This document shows positions 15,836-25,669 of a stretch of DNA of 41,943 nt, one piece after another. The notes beneath the pieces are model-generated. The model saw only the letters and a list, made by a program, of their open reading frames with translations, did not search any database and was not told where the DNA came from. Numbering within the stretch: position 1 is the stretch's first letter; every line of letters starts with the position of its first letter. The translations under genes were made by a program, and so were the position numbers. Origin of the DNA: a virus (Duplodnaviria > Caudoviricetes); IMG/VR virus record IMGVR_UViG_3300023059_000010, positions 1 through 41,943 of that record; one strand, 5' to 3'.

Positions 15836-18800
15836 ATGTCTGGATCGTACGAAGTTGGATCTGGACATTTCGCAGTCATTCCCTCTTTTCGTGGTTTTCG
15901 GCGTGCGGTTGTTAGCGAGGCGAATGCGTCTGGCGCTGAGGGCGCGCGCGGGTTTTCGAAGGCGATGGGAGCTGGCGGCGCGAAAGCTGGCCGGGATACC
16001 GGACGGGGCTTCTCGTCGGCCTTCAAGCAGTCGGTGAGTGTCGCTCCCGCTTTGAAAGCGGTTGAGCGTGAGGTGCGTGCGGCGTCGCAGGTATTGTCTC
16101 GGGCTCGTTTGTCTGAGGCGGATGCGGCTGGTCGTGTGCGGGTTGCTGAGGCGCAACTTGCGGAGGCGCGGGCGAAGTTTGGTGAGGGATCGTCGCAGGT
16201 CATTCGAGCCGAGGAACGGCTTGCTTCGGTGCAGCGAGCGCAGGAGCTGCAGTCAGAGAAACTGGCTGCGGCGACTACGCGGCTGGCGTCGGCGAAGGCT
16301 GATCTTGCTGCGTTGTTGGAGCGTTCGGGCTCGGCGGTTTCTCGCCTGTCTGGGGTGCTGGGATCGGCAAAGCAAGTTGTGGCTGACTTTGTTGCGGGGT
16401 TCCGTGACTCGAAGGCGGCTGAGTCTGCATTCACTGGTGCCGCGGGTGCCGCGGGTGGCTTGGCGCGCATGGTGTCGGGCCCGCTGGTGGCCGCGGTTGA
16501 GGCCGGGTCGATGGCGCTCACGAACTTTCGAGCAGGGTTTCTGGATGCTCGCTCGGCGGCGTCCGGTCTGACTGGTGTCGCGGGGTCGCTCGGCGGGGCT
16601 TTGCGGGGTGCGTTGCAGCCATCGATCGCTCCAATCGCGAACTTTGTGGCGGGGCTGCGGTCGGCGGATGCTGCTGGTTCGGCACTGACTGGGCGTATGG
16701 GCACGCTTGGTGGTGTTGTTGGGTCGGCGACGGCTCGCTTCGCCGCGGGGTTTCGTGATGCGAATGCGGCGGGCTCATCTTTCACGGGTCTGATGGGTTC
16801 GCTCGGAGGTGTTGCGGCGCGCTCGCTCGCGCCGGTGCAGGCTGGCCTGTCGCAGGTGCGTGATGTTGCGGCGAAGTTCTTGGAGCCGTTGCGACCTGCG
16901 GGCGCGCTTCTGGGTCAGATCGGTTCATCTGCGGTTTCGGCTGGTCGCACCATTGTCGGGGCGATGGGGCAGGTGGGGCAGCAGGTTGCTGAGCGACTTG
17001 GTGCGGGGTTTCGAGCTGCTGTGGCTGCTGCTGGGTCGGCGGCGTCGGCGATCGGGAGCGCATTCTCGAATGTGCTCGGCGCCATTGGTACAGGAGCGGT
17101 TGCTGGTCTGATCGCGTCGCTCAAAGGTGGTTTCGATCGGCTCGCGAGTGTGGAGAACGCTACGGCGCGAATGCGCGGCTTCGGGATCGAGGCTGGTGTT
17201 GTCAACTCTGTCATGGCAGACGTGAAGGACTCGGTGCAAGGCACGATCTACACGGTCGGCGAGATGGGCAACGCTGCGGCGCAAGCATTGATTGCGGGCA
17301 TCAAGCCAGGTCAGCAGCTCAACTCCTACATGGGGTTCTTGAAGAATGCGGCGACGGCGGCAAACGCGCCGTTGAATGAGATCAACGAGATCATGGGCAA
17401 GATCGTCACCTCTGCAGGTGGGCCTGTCCGTGAGGAGCTGCAGCAGCTCGCAAACCGGAACATTCCGGTTTGGACGACTCTTGCGGAGAAGATGGGTCTC
17501 TCTGTCGAGGAGGTCAAGAAGCTCGCGACCGAGGGCAAGATCACTTCGGATGTGATCGTTGAGCACTTGGGCGGCGCTATCGAGCGCATGGCTGAGGAAG
17601 TCGGCGAAACTACCGAGGCTTCGCTGGTCAAAATGCGTTCGTCTTTCAGTCGGTTCGGCGAGGTGCTGTTGGCTGAGTCCTTCCCTGGTGTGAAGGCTGT
17701 TGCGGATGGTGTGCGCGAGATCATGAATCTCGCGATTGCGCTCGTTGCGCCGATCAAGCAGGCTCTTGGGCTTGATCAGGTGGGTCCGGCGATCGAGTGG
17801 ATCAATCAGCTTACTGAGCGTGTGCGTGCATTCCGTGAGTTGATCACGTCTGGTTCGGCTGAGGGCAATTCTGCTCTCGCGGGGATTGTGGATCGGGTGA
17901 AGGAGCTGGCGCCGCTGTTTGGTGCCGCGGCTCTTGCAGTGATTCCTCTGATGGGGTCGTTCTTGGGGTCACTGCCGGTGATCGGGCCGATGCTTGCGGG
18001 GCTCGGGTCGAGCCTGGTTGGTGGCCTGGCTCCGTTGCTCGCTGCGGGTGGCCTGGTGGCGATGCTGGGGTTGAGCCCTGATGCTTTCGCTGGCGCGGTG
18101 ATGGGTCTGGTCGGTGCATTGTCGTCGGGGTTCTCGAGCCTCGCTCAGACGTTGCCTGGGCTGCTTGCTGAACTTGTACCGACGATCGCAGCGAATCTGG
18201 TGGCGAATGCTCCGGTGCTTCTCGAAGGTATGCGGCAACTGCTTATCGGCATGGTGCAGGCTGCGTCGTCGGCGATCCCGGTGATCGTGACTTCGGTGAT
18301 CTCGCTGGTGCCTGCGATTGTGCAAGCGCTCGTGAGCGCGATTCCTGTTCTATTGCAGACTGGCGTTCAGCTACTGCTCGGCCTGGTGCAGGCGGCGACG
18401 GTAGCGATCCCGGCGATTGTTTCGGCGGTGATTGCCGCGGTGCCGCAGATCGTGACTGCGATTGTGACGGCTTTGCCGCTCATTATTCAGGGTGGGCTGC
18501 AGCTCTTCATGGGGTTGCTGCAGGCGTTGGTCACATTGATCCCGATGTTGCTTACTGCGGTGATCGATATGGTGCCTGTGCTGATCGGCGGATTGCTGTC
18601 GATGCTGCCGCAGCTCATCTTGGGTGCGCTCGAGTTGTTCTTGGGTTTGGTCATGGGTCTTCTGCAGGCGCTGCCGCAGATCGTTGTTGCGATTATCGAG
18701 GCGATACCGCAGTTGATCACGGCGTTGATCTCGCAGATTCCGTTGATGATCACTGGCGCGATTCAGCTTTTTCTTGGGCTGATAACTGGCCTGCTGCAGG

Positions 18801-19390
18801 CCTTGCCTCAGATCATCTCGGCGGTGATCGGGATGATTCCGCAGATTGTGGGTGCCCTTATTCGGGCGATTCCGCAGCTCGTACAAGCCGGTTTCGATCT
18901 GATTCGTGGTCTGGTCAATGGCATCATGAACGCTGCTCCGATGGTGTTGGACGCTATTGGCGGTGTGGTGAGTGGTGCGATCGATTGGGCTAAGAGCCTG
19001 CTCGGCATCAAGTCGCCTTCGCGTGTGTTCCGGACGATCGGTGATCAGGTGGGGCAGGGTCTCGCGGGTGGCTTGGATGGCTCGCAGTCTCGCGTCGCTT
19101 CGGCGGCGGGGCGGCTGGTTGAGGCTACGAGGTCGGCATTCGACGGGCTGGAGCCTGTTGAGATCCCGGTAGCTGCTCGGGTGTTTGAGGGCGCTGGCCT
19201 TGCGGCCGCTGCGGCTGCTCGGGCTGGTGTGATGGCTTCGTCGCCGGTCGAGGTGTCGTTGGCGGGTCTCGCGGTGCGGGCTTCGATCGATGGCAATCCG
19301 TTCACGCTTCTCATCGAGGAGCAGATTGATGCTGCGTTGGCGCCGTTCGGTGTGGGTGCGGCGACGTCGAGGCTGGGGCTCGCGAGGTAG
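15836..19390 (+). CDS. Tape measure protein
   Basis: 1184 aa, Ala/Gly-rich, tape-measure domain (GGFDRL...VQGT.Y..EM), amphipathic repeats, LGIKSPSRVF. Confidence 0.95.
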   Translation: MSGSYEVGSGHFAVIPSFRGFRRAVVSEANASGAEGARGFSKAMGAGGAKAGRDTGRGFSSAFKQSVSVAPALKAVEREVRAASQVLSRARLSEADAAGRVRVAEAQLAEARAKFGEGSSQVIRAEERLASVQRAQELQSEKLAAATTRLASAKADLAALLERSGSAVSRLSGVLGSAKQVVADFVAGFRDSKAAESAFTGAAGAAGGLARMVSGPLVAAVEAGSMALTNFRAGFLDARSAASGLTGVAGSLGGALRGALQPSIAPIANFVAGLRSADAAGSALTGRMGTLGGVVGSATARFAAGFRDANAAGSSFTGLMGSLGGVAARSLAPVQAGLSQVRDVAAKFLEPLRPAGALLGQIGSSAVSAGRTIVGAMGQVGQQVAERLGAGFRAAVAAAGSAASAIGSAFSNVLGAIGTGAVAGLIASLKGGFDRLASVENATARMRGFGIEAGVVNSVMADVKDSVQGTIYTVGEMGNAAAQALIAGIKPGQQLNSYMGFLKNAATAANAPLNEINEIMGKIVTSAGGPVREELQQLANRNIPVWTTLAEKMGLSVEEVKKLATEGKITSDVIVEHLGGAIERMAEEVGETTEASLVKMRSSFSRFGEVLLAESFPGVKAVADGVREIMNLAIALVAPIKQALGLDQVGPAIEWINQLTERVRAFRELITSGSAEGNSALAGIVDRVKELAPLFGAAALAVIPLMGSFLGSLPVIGPMLAGLGSSLVGGLAPLLAAGGLVAMLGLSPDAFAGAVMGLVGALSSGFSSLAQTLPGLLAELVPTIAANLVANAPVLLEGMRQLLIGMVQAASSAIPVIVTSVISLVPAIVQALVSAIPVLLQTGVQLLLGLVQAATVAIPAIVSAVIAAVPQIVTAIVTALPLIIQGGLQLFMGLLQALVTLIPMLLTAVIDMVPVLIGGLLSMLPQLILGALELFLGLVMGLLQALPQIVVAIIEAIPQLITALISQIPLMITGAIQLFLGLITGLLQALPQIISAVIGMIPQIVGALIRAIPQLVQAGFDLIRGLVNGIMNAAPMVLDAIGGVVSGAIDWAKSLLGIKSPSRVFRTIGDQVGQGLAGGLDGSQSRVASAAGRLVEATRSAFDGLEPVEIPVAARVFEGAGLAAAAAARAGVMASSPVEVSLAGLAVRASIDGNPFTLLIEEQIDAALAPFGVGAATSRLGLAR

Positions 19391-19448
19391 TTTCGCGGGC
19401 TCCGGTATCGACGGATGATTCCGAGTGTTCGAGGTTAGGGAGGCACGA

Positions 19449-21572
19449 ATGGCCTATGCAGATGCCGGGCTTGCGAGCGGGTACTTTCTTCGTCTGACGG
19501 TCACGGTTCATAGCCAGAACATCGCCGCGAACACAACGACTTACGCGTACTCACTTGTTATCTATAAGGGCAGCGGCTCGGGCAAGTGGATGAGCGGATC
19601 TTCGTCATGGTCAGTGCGCACACCGGCTGCGAATACGATCGATGGCGGAAGCATAGGCGGGTACGATTTCCGCAACTACTCCTCGCTGACGCTTGGTTCG
19701 TCGTATCTCACTGTTGGTGGCAGCGGGTCTCGAGAGTGGCAGGCGCATTTCGCAGACAACCCTTCTTATGGGGAGTTGGGCGATGGTGTAGCGACACTCA
19801 ACTTCGCTCCTCCTGCGATTCCTCTGACGCCTACTGGGCTTGTGGTCGCAAGGGTGTCTGATAGTCAGCAGAATCTCTCTTGGAGTCGTGCATCGACTTA
19901 CACCGGTGTGGTTGTGCATCGTCGCACCGATGGTGGGGTGTGGCAGGAGGTGGGGCGCCCTGCTGGGAATGTCGCGAGTTTCAGTGATACCACCACGGAG
20001 GCGAACCGAAAGTACGAGTATCGGGTTGCCGGTTTGGCCGCTGCGGGGCAATCAGGCTGGTCGAACGAAGCAGGCGTGTTCACATCGCCTGCAGCGCCCG
20101 CGAGCGTATTTGCGGAGCGTTCTGGTCTTGATATTCGTGTAACGGCGAACGGTCTTCCTCCGCATGCGACGAGCTTCGATATTGAAGACTCTGGGGTCGT
20201 GGTGGCAAATGGTGTCTCGCTGCCGTGGATGCATGCGGGGCCAAACCCTGCCAATCCTCATACTTACCGGGTTCGTGGTGCTGTCGACGCGGTGAAAGGT
20301 GCCTGGTCGCCGGTATCGAACACCGTGCAACTAATCACGCGCCCGAATCCGCCGACTGGGCTTTCTCCGAATGGCTCGGTGTCGGCATCTGATGTGCCGG
20401 TGCGGTTTTCGTGGGTTCATGCGGCGGTGGATTCGTCTGCGCAGACTGCGTACGAGCTTCGACATCGGGCGCCAGCGGGGGCATGGACGACTCTTTCAGG
20501 CACGGTCGCGAGTTTCCGAGATGTGACGCTCGTCGTTGGTGCTCGGGAATGGCAGGTTCGCACGAAGGGTGCTCATGCGGACTGGTCAGATTGGTCTGCG
20601 GTCGCGACTGTTACGGTGATCACGCGTCCAGGTGTGGCGGTGACTCAACCTGATGTGTCGTGGGATTCTTCAATCTTGACGGCACGGTGGAGCTGGCTGC
20701 AGGCGCAGGGTCGCCCGCAGTCGTCGTGGGAAGTGGAGCTGCTCGATAGCGATGGGGCGTTGGTTGACTCGCGAGCGGGTTCTGGTGCCTCGGCTGAGTT
20801 TACCTTTCCGACACGAATTCAGGAGGGGTCGTGGACGGTGCGTGCGCGCGCAGCGTCGGGTACGGTGTGGTCGGCCTGGGCTCTCTCAGTGTTCGAGGTT
20901 ACGTTCTATCCTCCGGCGCTGCCGGCGCTTGAGGGTAGCTGGGATGAGGTGGCTGGCGGTGTGTCGTTGTCGATCGGACCAGGTGCCGCCGAGGGTGCGC
21001 CTGAGACGATTCGACTGACGCTAGAGCGGTCGATTGATGGAGGCGTTGGCTGGGAGCAGATGCTGACTCTCGATGCGCCGGATGAGATGACTCTGATGGA
21101 TTGGGAGTCGCTTTCGCGTGGTGTGACGACGTATCGTCTGACTGCGTTCACCCTTGAGGGCGCGGTCAGTGAAGCGGTGCTGCCGGTGCTGGCGGAGTCT
21201 CCGGCGTGGTGGCTTTCGGCTGGCATTGGTTACGGGCGTACTGCTCGGTTGCCGTATGACCCGAAGCCGACGATTGAGGGTGGTCGTGAGCGGTCGGTTG
21301 AGGAGTACGAGGGTCGCGAGCTGGGAGTGCCGTATGCGGGCGAGCATCTCTCTCGGGTGATTGCGGTCTCGGGTCGCACTCGGGATCGAGATGCGGCGAC
21401 CACGGGCGTCGATCGGCTCGTTTCGGTGGTTCAGGATCCGAGCCCGATTCATATGTTGCGTGATCCTGATGGTCGCCGCGTCTATGGCTCGGTGTCTGCT
21501 GTGTCGCTGCCGCGCGAGTCTCAGGCCGGTGTGTGGGGGTACTCGTTCTCGTTGCAGGAGTCGTCGCATTGA
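19449..21572 (+). CDS. Minor tail protein with fibronectin type III-like domains
   Basis: P..PTGL...W, YEYRV......SGWS repeats; follows tape measure; ATG at 19449 after GGGAGG. Confidence 0.8.
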   Translation: MAYADAGLASGYFLRLTVTVHSQNIAANTTTYAYSLVIYKGSGSGKWMSGSSSWSVRTPAANTIDGGSIGGYDFRNYSSLTLGSSYLTVGGSGSREWQAHFADNPSYGELGDGVATLNFAPPAIPLTPTGLVVARVSDSQQNLSWSRASTYTGVVVHRRTDGGVWQEVGRPAGNVASFSDTTTEANRKYEYRVAGLAAAGQSGWSNEAGVFTSPAAPASVFAERSGLDIRVTANGLPPHATSFDIEDSGVVVANGVSLPWMHAGPNPANPHTYRVRGAVDAVKGAWSPVSNTVQLITRPNPPTGLSPNGSVSASDVPVRFSWVHAAVDSSAQTAYELRHRAPAGAWTTLSGTVASFRDVTLVVGAREWQVRTKGAHADWSDWSAVATVTVITRPGVAVTQPDVSWDSSILTARWSWLQAQGRPQSSWEVELLDSDGALVDSRAGSGASAEFTFPTRIQEGSWTVRARAASGTVWSAWALSVFEVTFYPPALPALEGSWDEVAGGVSLSIGPGAAEGAPETIRLTLERSIDGGVGWEQMLTLDAPDEMTLMDWESLSRGVTTYRLTAFTLEGAVSEAVLPVLAESPAWWLSAGIGYGRTARLPYDPKPTIEGGRERSVEEYEGRELGVPYAGEHLSRVIAVSGRTRDRDAATTGVDRLVSVVQDPSPIHMLRDPDGRRVYGSVSAVSLPRESQAGVWGYSFSLQESSH

Positions 21573-21593
21573 TGGGAAGGCTGGTGAGGTCGG

Positions 21594-22640
21594 ATGGTTG
21601 ATTGGTCTGGTGCTCGTCGGCCTTCCTGGCGGTTCGAGCTGTTGGATAGGCACGATGTTCCTTTGGATGATCTCGACGGGGTTTCTGCTTGCAAGATCGA
21701 GTTGGCTGCGCTTTCGCGGTTGGGCGGCTCGGGGTCACTGACGCTGACTGAGCGCGGGCAGTCGGTTGACTGGCTCAGTCACCGCGTTCGCGTGCTCTAT
21801 GACCCTGGGATCGATGGTGCTGCGTCTTGGCCGGTTGCGACGATGCTGTTGTCTTCGCCTGCTGAGCGGCGGCGTGGCGGTCGCAGTTGGTTCGAAGTCA
21901 CGCTGCTGACCAAGCTTGCGGTAATTGACGAGGATGCGGTGGAGGGGTCGTTCTCTCTGCCTGCAGGGTCTCCGTTGGTTGCCACGGCGGTCAATTTGAT
22001 TCGGTCGACGGGAGAGGTGCGAATCGCGGCTACTCCGTCGTCCGCGGTTTCTGCGAATCCTTTGATGTGGGAGGCGGGCACATCCAAGCTCACCATCGTC
22101 AACGATCTACTGACTGCGGCTGAGTATTGGTCGTTGTGGGTGGATGGGTCTGGGCAGTTCCGTGTGGAGCCTTATCGTGCTCCGTCTGAGCGTCCTGTCG
22201 CGTTTGAGTTTGCTGCAGGGGTGAATTCGATTCATCGTCCTGATTGGACTCGGGAGCAGGATCTATCGAGTGTGCCGAATCGGTTTGTTGTGGTTGGGCA
22301 AGGCTCGGACGATGAGCCCGCCCTGGTTGGAATAGCGACGAATGAGGATCCGAGTTCGCCGTTCTCTTTTCAGGCGCGCGGTCGCTGGGTGTCTCGTACC
22401 GAAGAGGGCGTCGAAGGTGAGGATCAGGCGGTGTTCGATCGGCTTGCTCAGCGGCGCCTGCTGGATGCAATGTCGCCGGTGGGGAAGATCACGGTTGAGC
22501 ATGCGATCGTGCCCCTCAATCCGAATGATGTTGTGCGGTTCCGACCGCTTGGCCGAGGTGCGACTGATTGCACGGTGTTGCGCATGGAGTATGGGTTCGG
22601 GGCGTCGGCGCATTGTCAGGCTGAGTGGCGGGAGATCTGA
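21594..22640 (+). CDS. Minor tail protein (baseplate hub-like)
   Basis: TSKL.I.NDLL....Y.SLW.D..G.FR..PY, VPNRFVVV; synteny. Confidence 0.8.
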   Translation: MVDWSGARRPSWRFELLDRHDVPLDDLDGVSACKIELAALSRLGGSGSLTLTERGQSVDWLSHRVRVLYDPGIDGAASWPVATMLLSSPAERRRGGRSWFEVTLLTKLAVIDEDAVEGSFSLPAGSPLVATAVNLIRSTGEVRIAATPSSAVSANPLMWEAGTSKLTIVNDLLTAAEYWSLWVDGSGQFRVEPYRAPSERPVAFEFAAGVNSIHRPDWTREQDLSSVPNRFVVVGQGSDDEPALVGIATNEDPSSPFSFQARGRWVSRTEEGVEGEDQAVFDRLAQRRLLDAMSPVGKITVEHAIVPLNPNDVVRFRPLGRGATDCTVLRMEYGFGASAHCQAEWREI

Positions 22641-22642
22641 TC

Positions 22643-23341
22643 GTGGCGATTGATCTTTCCCGAGTGTTGGGTGAGCTGGAGAGTCTGGGGCGCCGGGTGG
22701 ACTCATTGCCGGTGCTGCGTTGGGCTGTGGTGACAGCAGTGGCACCGCTACAGGTGCAATTGGACGCTGATCCTGTGCCGCTGCTGGGTACGCCGGCGAC
22801 GCTTGTTTCTGGGCTTGTTGTTGGCGACCGGGTTCAGGTGTCGATTCAGAACCGGAGGGTCACTGTTGTTGGTCGTGGCGGCGGTGCGCCGGTAGTGGCG
22901 AAGCTGCCGCTTCCGCAGACTGTTTCATTCAACGGGTCTCCTGGCAATACGGGTTCCGTTGGGGGCAGCTTCGAGAATGTGCCGAGTATTCCGGTGATCA
23001 ATTTCGAAGCAGGTCAGGCGATCTACGTTCGTGTTTCGTACTCGGCGCAGGTCGCTAACTCTGGCACTTCCTACACGATGATCGGTGCCGATACCTCTGG
23101 TGCGTTCGTGAGTTCTGTCCACCATCGACTCGGCCTCGCTCCTGATGCAACAGGGGTGTTCGGTGAGCACACTCCGTATAGCAGAGGGAACACGTTGGAG
23201 ATGAATGTGCATGGAGGCAAGACGCTCTTGCTGCCCGCTGGGGTCACGACGATTCGTTTGAAAAGGATGCGGATGGTCACTGGCGAGATTTCAACTACCG
23301 CGTATCCCACTTTGTCGATCGTGCCGATCGGCTGGGCTTAA
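22643..23341 (+). CDS. Minor tail / receptor-binding protein
   Basis: N-terminal RWAVVTAVAPLQVQLD...L.VGDRV OB-like module with a beta-rich C-terminus. Confidence 0.7.
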   Translation: MAIDLSRVLGELESLGRRVDSLPVLRWAVVTAVAPLQVQLDADPVPLLGTPATLVSGLVVGDRVQVSIQNRRVTVVGRGGGAPVVAKLPLPQTVSFNGSPGNTGSVGGSFENVPSIPVINFEAGQAIYVRVSYSAQVANSGTSYTMIGADTSGAFVSSVHHRLGLAPDATGVFGEHTPYSRGNTLEMNVHGGKTLLLPAGVTTIRLKRMRMVTGEISTTAYPTLSIVPIGWA

Positions 23342-23354
23342 TGAAAGGAGACGT

Positions 23355-23618
23355 ATGTCGTATTCCACTCAGGCGGATATGGCGCAGGATCCGCTGCTGC
23401 AAAGGCGGGTGGCCGCGTGTGCGGCAACTCAAGGTATCGGGGAGCCGCTCGAATGGTCGGCGGCGAGCATGTGGCAGCTCTCCGCTGAGCCAGGTTGGGA
23501 TGCTGCCTATTCGTCGGCGCTTGCTGCGGAGAATCCCGCGCCTGGGAGAGACGAGGCTGTGATCAGCGATCCGATGATTCTCTCTGCGGTTCAGGCGTTG
23601 AAGGGAGGAGTGGCATGA
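23355..23618 (+). CDS. Conserved-type small phage protein
   Basis: RBS GAAAGGAG; RRVAACAA...PGW..AY...ISD.MILSAVQAL. Confidence 0.75.
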   Translation: MSYSTQADMAQDPLLQRRVAACAATQGIGEPLEWSAASMWQLSAEPGWDAAYSSALAAENPAPGRDEAVISDPMILSAVQALKGGVA

Positions 23619-24316
23619 TCGGGTTGGTGTGGCCGAATGGCACGCTCGAGGAGCCAACGTGCACGGACGCTTATGCGCTGCGCCCGTGGTCGGCACCGGG
23701 TGTGCGTGCGTTTCACACTGGTGATGACGCGGTTGGTTTCAGTGAGCTGCGTGCGATCGGTGCCGGCGTCGTGGTCGAGTCGCACCGTATCGATTGGGCT
23801 GGCTGGCAAGTGCTTGTTGATCTTGGCCTCATCGGGGGAGTGCGCACTTGGGTGCGGTACTGCCATCTCGCCGAGCGGTCTGCTCTAAGGCAGGGTGACA
23901 CGGTGACGCTTGGCGCGCTCATCGGGCTGATGGGCATGACCGGCATCGCCTATGGCGTGCATCTCCATTGGGAGATCTACCGGGGCAGCGTCGATCGCGG
24001 TGGTGGTACCGGTTCGAACGATGTGGGTTCAACTGTGGACCCGCGCGCCTTTGTGCGCGCAAATCTGATCACGAAGCCCGAAGGGCAGGAAGAAGAAGTA
24101 CCAATGAAAGCTATGTATTGCACTCTCAAGACAGGTGAACAGTATGTCGTGATCGGCAGTTGGGGCAACGGATTCAAGTTCACCTACACGACTCGCTCGA
24201 CTGCGTTCAACAACAAGATGGCCGATCTTTTCGGAACAGGCGATTTCATCGCTGAGGATGAAGACATTGTGCGTCGCTTTGAGAAGTCGCTGGACGACCT
24301 TCGTTGCGGCAAGTGA
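23615..24316 (+). CDS. Endolysin, M23 metallopeptidase
   Basis: HTGDD (HxxxD), YCHL, GVHLHWEI (HxH), VDP; RBS GGGAGGAG and ATGA overlap. Confidence 0.88.
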   Translation: MIGLVWPNGTLEEPTCTDAYALRPWSAPGVRAFHTGDDAVGFSELRAIGAGVVVESHRIDWAGWQVLVDLGLIGGVRTWVRYCHLAERSALRQGDTVTLGALIGLMGMTGIAYGVHLHWEIYRGSVDRGGGTGSNDVGSTVDPRAFVRANLITKPEGQEEEVPMKAMYCTLKTGEQYVVIGSWGNGFKFTYTTRSTAFNNKMADLFGTGDFIAEDEDIVRRFEKSLDDLRCGK

Positions 24317-24429
24317 TGTGCTGGGTGTTGTTGCTGCTCTTGAAGGCGGTCGCGGTCGGGGCGGCATTGCTTGCGGCGCTGCTCAGCGTGGGGGCGCTGA
24401 ATGGCCGCACTGATCGGAGGCGCGAGTGA
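24316..24429 (+). CDS. Small membrane protein (37 aa) in lysis cassette
   Basis: Read manually: MCWVLLLLLKAVAVGAALLAALLSVGALNGRTDRRRE; overlaps both neighbours. Confidence 0.55.
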   Translation: MCWVLLLLLKAVAVGAALLAALLSVGALNGRTDRRRE

Positions 24430-24713
24430 CGTGGTGGAGTGAGCTTGTGTCGGCTGCTGCGGGCTCTGCGGCGACGTGGGGTGCGCTGGTGCTTACTGGC
24501 CGGAGAAATCGTGCGGATAATGCGCTGGCGTTGATTGGCGAGTTGCGGCAGCGTGTGGATCAGCTTGAGGATCGTGTGGTTGAGGCCGAGGGGGAGGCGC
24601 GCGCCGCTGCGGGGCATGCGCGTCAGATGGAGAACTACGCTGCGGAGCTGCGTGAGCAGATCTATCGCGGTGAGGGCCCTCCGCCTTCCCCTTGGCCGGT
24701 TCGAGAAGCGTAG
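24426..24713 (+). CDS. Lysis-cassette membrane protein with coiled coil
   Basis: N-terminal hydrophobic segment, coiled coil, C-terminal Y..LREQIYRG.GPPP. Confidence 0.7.
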   Translation: MTWWSELVSAAAGSAATWGALVLTGRRNRADNALALIGELRQRVDQLEDRVVEAEGEARAAAGHARQMENYAAELREQIYRGEGPPPSPWPVREA

Positions 24714-24727
24714 AGGGGGTGATTGTG

Positions 24728-25045
24728 TTGGCGAAACATGCTTTGGTTCCGGCGCCGTCTAATGTCGGCGAGCGTGTGCGACGTACTGCGTTGCAGGTAA
24801 GTGTGCCTGCTTTTTTGTTTCTTGTGGTGGTGTTGCCGCCGGTGATCGAGGTTCTCGATGAGGAGTTGGGTGAGCATCTGCCCGCGGGGTTCAGGCTGTG
24901 GATGCTTGGCGCTGCGGCGTTGCTGACTGCGGTGAGTGTTGCGGCGACGCGGATTATGGCGTTGCCTGTTGTGAATGACTGGCTGTCGCGGTGGACGCCG
25001 TTCGGTACGGTGTCGCAGAAGTCTGCTCGGGGCGTTCGGTCGTGA
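24728..25045 (+). CDS. Holin
   Basis: RT..Q followed by two TM segments, TRIMALP.VN.WL; start uncertain (24719-24728). Confidence 0.8.
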   Translation: MAKHALVPAPSNVGERVRRTALQVSVPAFLFLVVVLPPVIEVLDEELGEHLPAGFRLWMLGAAALLTAVSVAATRIMALPVVNDWLSRWTPFGTVSQKSARGVRS

Positions 25046-25050
25046 GTGGT

Positions 25051-25084
25051 GGGGGTTTCGAAGTCTTATGGCTTCGGAGCCCCC
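25051..25084 (+). terminator. Hairpin after the lysis cassette
   Basis: GGGGGTTTCGAAGTC-TTAT-GGCTTCGGAGCCCCC. Confidence 0.6.
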
Positions 25085-25106
25085 GATTTCCGCGTTAAGA
25101 AACCAA

Positions 25107-25135
25107 TTGCTAATACATGTGGTTACATGTATAGT
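25107..25135 (+). promoter_or_regulatory. Sigma-A promoter with overlapping palindromic operator
   Basis: TTGCTA-N17-TATAGT; perfect inverted repeat ATACATGT-GGTT-ACATGTAT at 25113-25132. Confidence 0.8.
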
Positions 25136-25158
25136 GGATATCAGAAAGGAGGTGACGG

Positions 25159-25266
25159 ATGAGAAAGAAAAAGCAAGATCGCCGGGCGGCGGAGATCAGC
25201 GCAATCGCGACACTTATCGCAGCAATTGCTAGCCTGATCGCAAGTCTCGTGGCAATCTTCAAGTAG
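25159..25266 (+). CDS. 35-aa membrane peptide
   Basis: Strong RBS AGAAAGGAGGTGA; MRKKKQDRRAAEISAIATLIAAIASLIASLVAIFK. Confidence 0.8.
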   Translation: MRKKKQDRRAAEISAIATLIAAIASLIASLVAIFK

Positions 25267-25339
25267 CGGAAGAGCCGGAGCCGGGAGTAGAACTAGTACC
25301 CCCGGTTCCGGCTCCTCCCTCAACTTTCTCAGAGGAATC

Positions 25340-25486
25340 ATGAATTACGCAATCAAAGCAATGTCGGGAGTGCTCGCGATTATCGCGGGCATCATGGTCA
25401 TTGGCACACACCCGTGGGCGGCAGCGGTAGCATTTGCTGCCGCTGCGTTCGCGTTTGCTCCGCCGATCAAGGGGCGCAAGCGATGA
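25340..25486 (+). CDS. 48-aa two-TM membrane protein
   Basis: RBS AGAGGA; MNYAIKAMSGVLAIIAGIMVIGTHPWAAAVAFAAAAFAFAPPIKGRKR; ATGA overlap with next gene. Confidence 0.7.
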   Translation: MNYAIKAMSGVLAIIAGIMVIGTHPWAAAVAFAAAAFAFAPPIKGRKR

Positions 25487-25659
25487 CCGTCTATCTCAGC
25501 GCGGCCGAGTTTGCAGAGCGCATCGGTGTCGCGGTGGGCACGCTGTCAAGGTACAAACTGCCTGAGCCAGACGCGATGATCGGCAAGTACCGGGGATGGC
25601 TACCTGAAACTGTCGACGCGTGGAACGCAGCGCGGCCAGGGCGTGGCAATTGGTCGTAG
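25483..25659 (+). CDS. Small AlpA/Xis-like HTH regulator
   Basis: YLSAAEFAERIGV..GTL..YKLPEPDAMIG..RGW.PETVDAWNAARPGRG. Confidence 0.85.
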   Translation: MTVYLSAAEFAERIGVAVGTLSRYKLPEPDAMIGKYRGWLPETVDAWNAARPGRGNWS

Positions 25660-25669
25660 ATTCCGCTCG

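Noticed and set aside
19449-23341. Diversity-generating retroelement or invertible tail-fibre switch
   Set aside because: No reverse transcriptase or invertase, and no duplicated template/variable repeat seen
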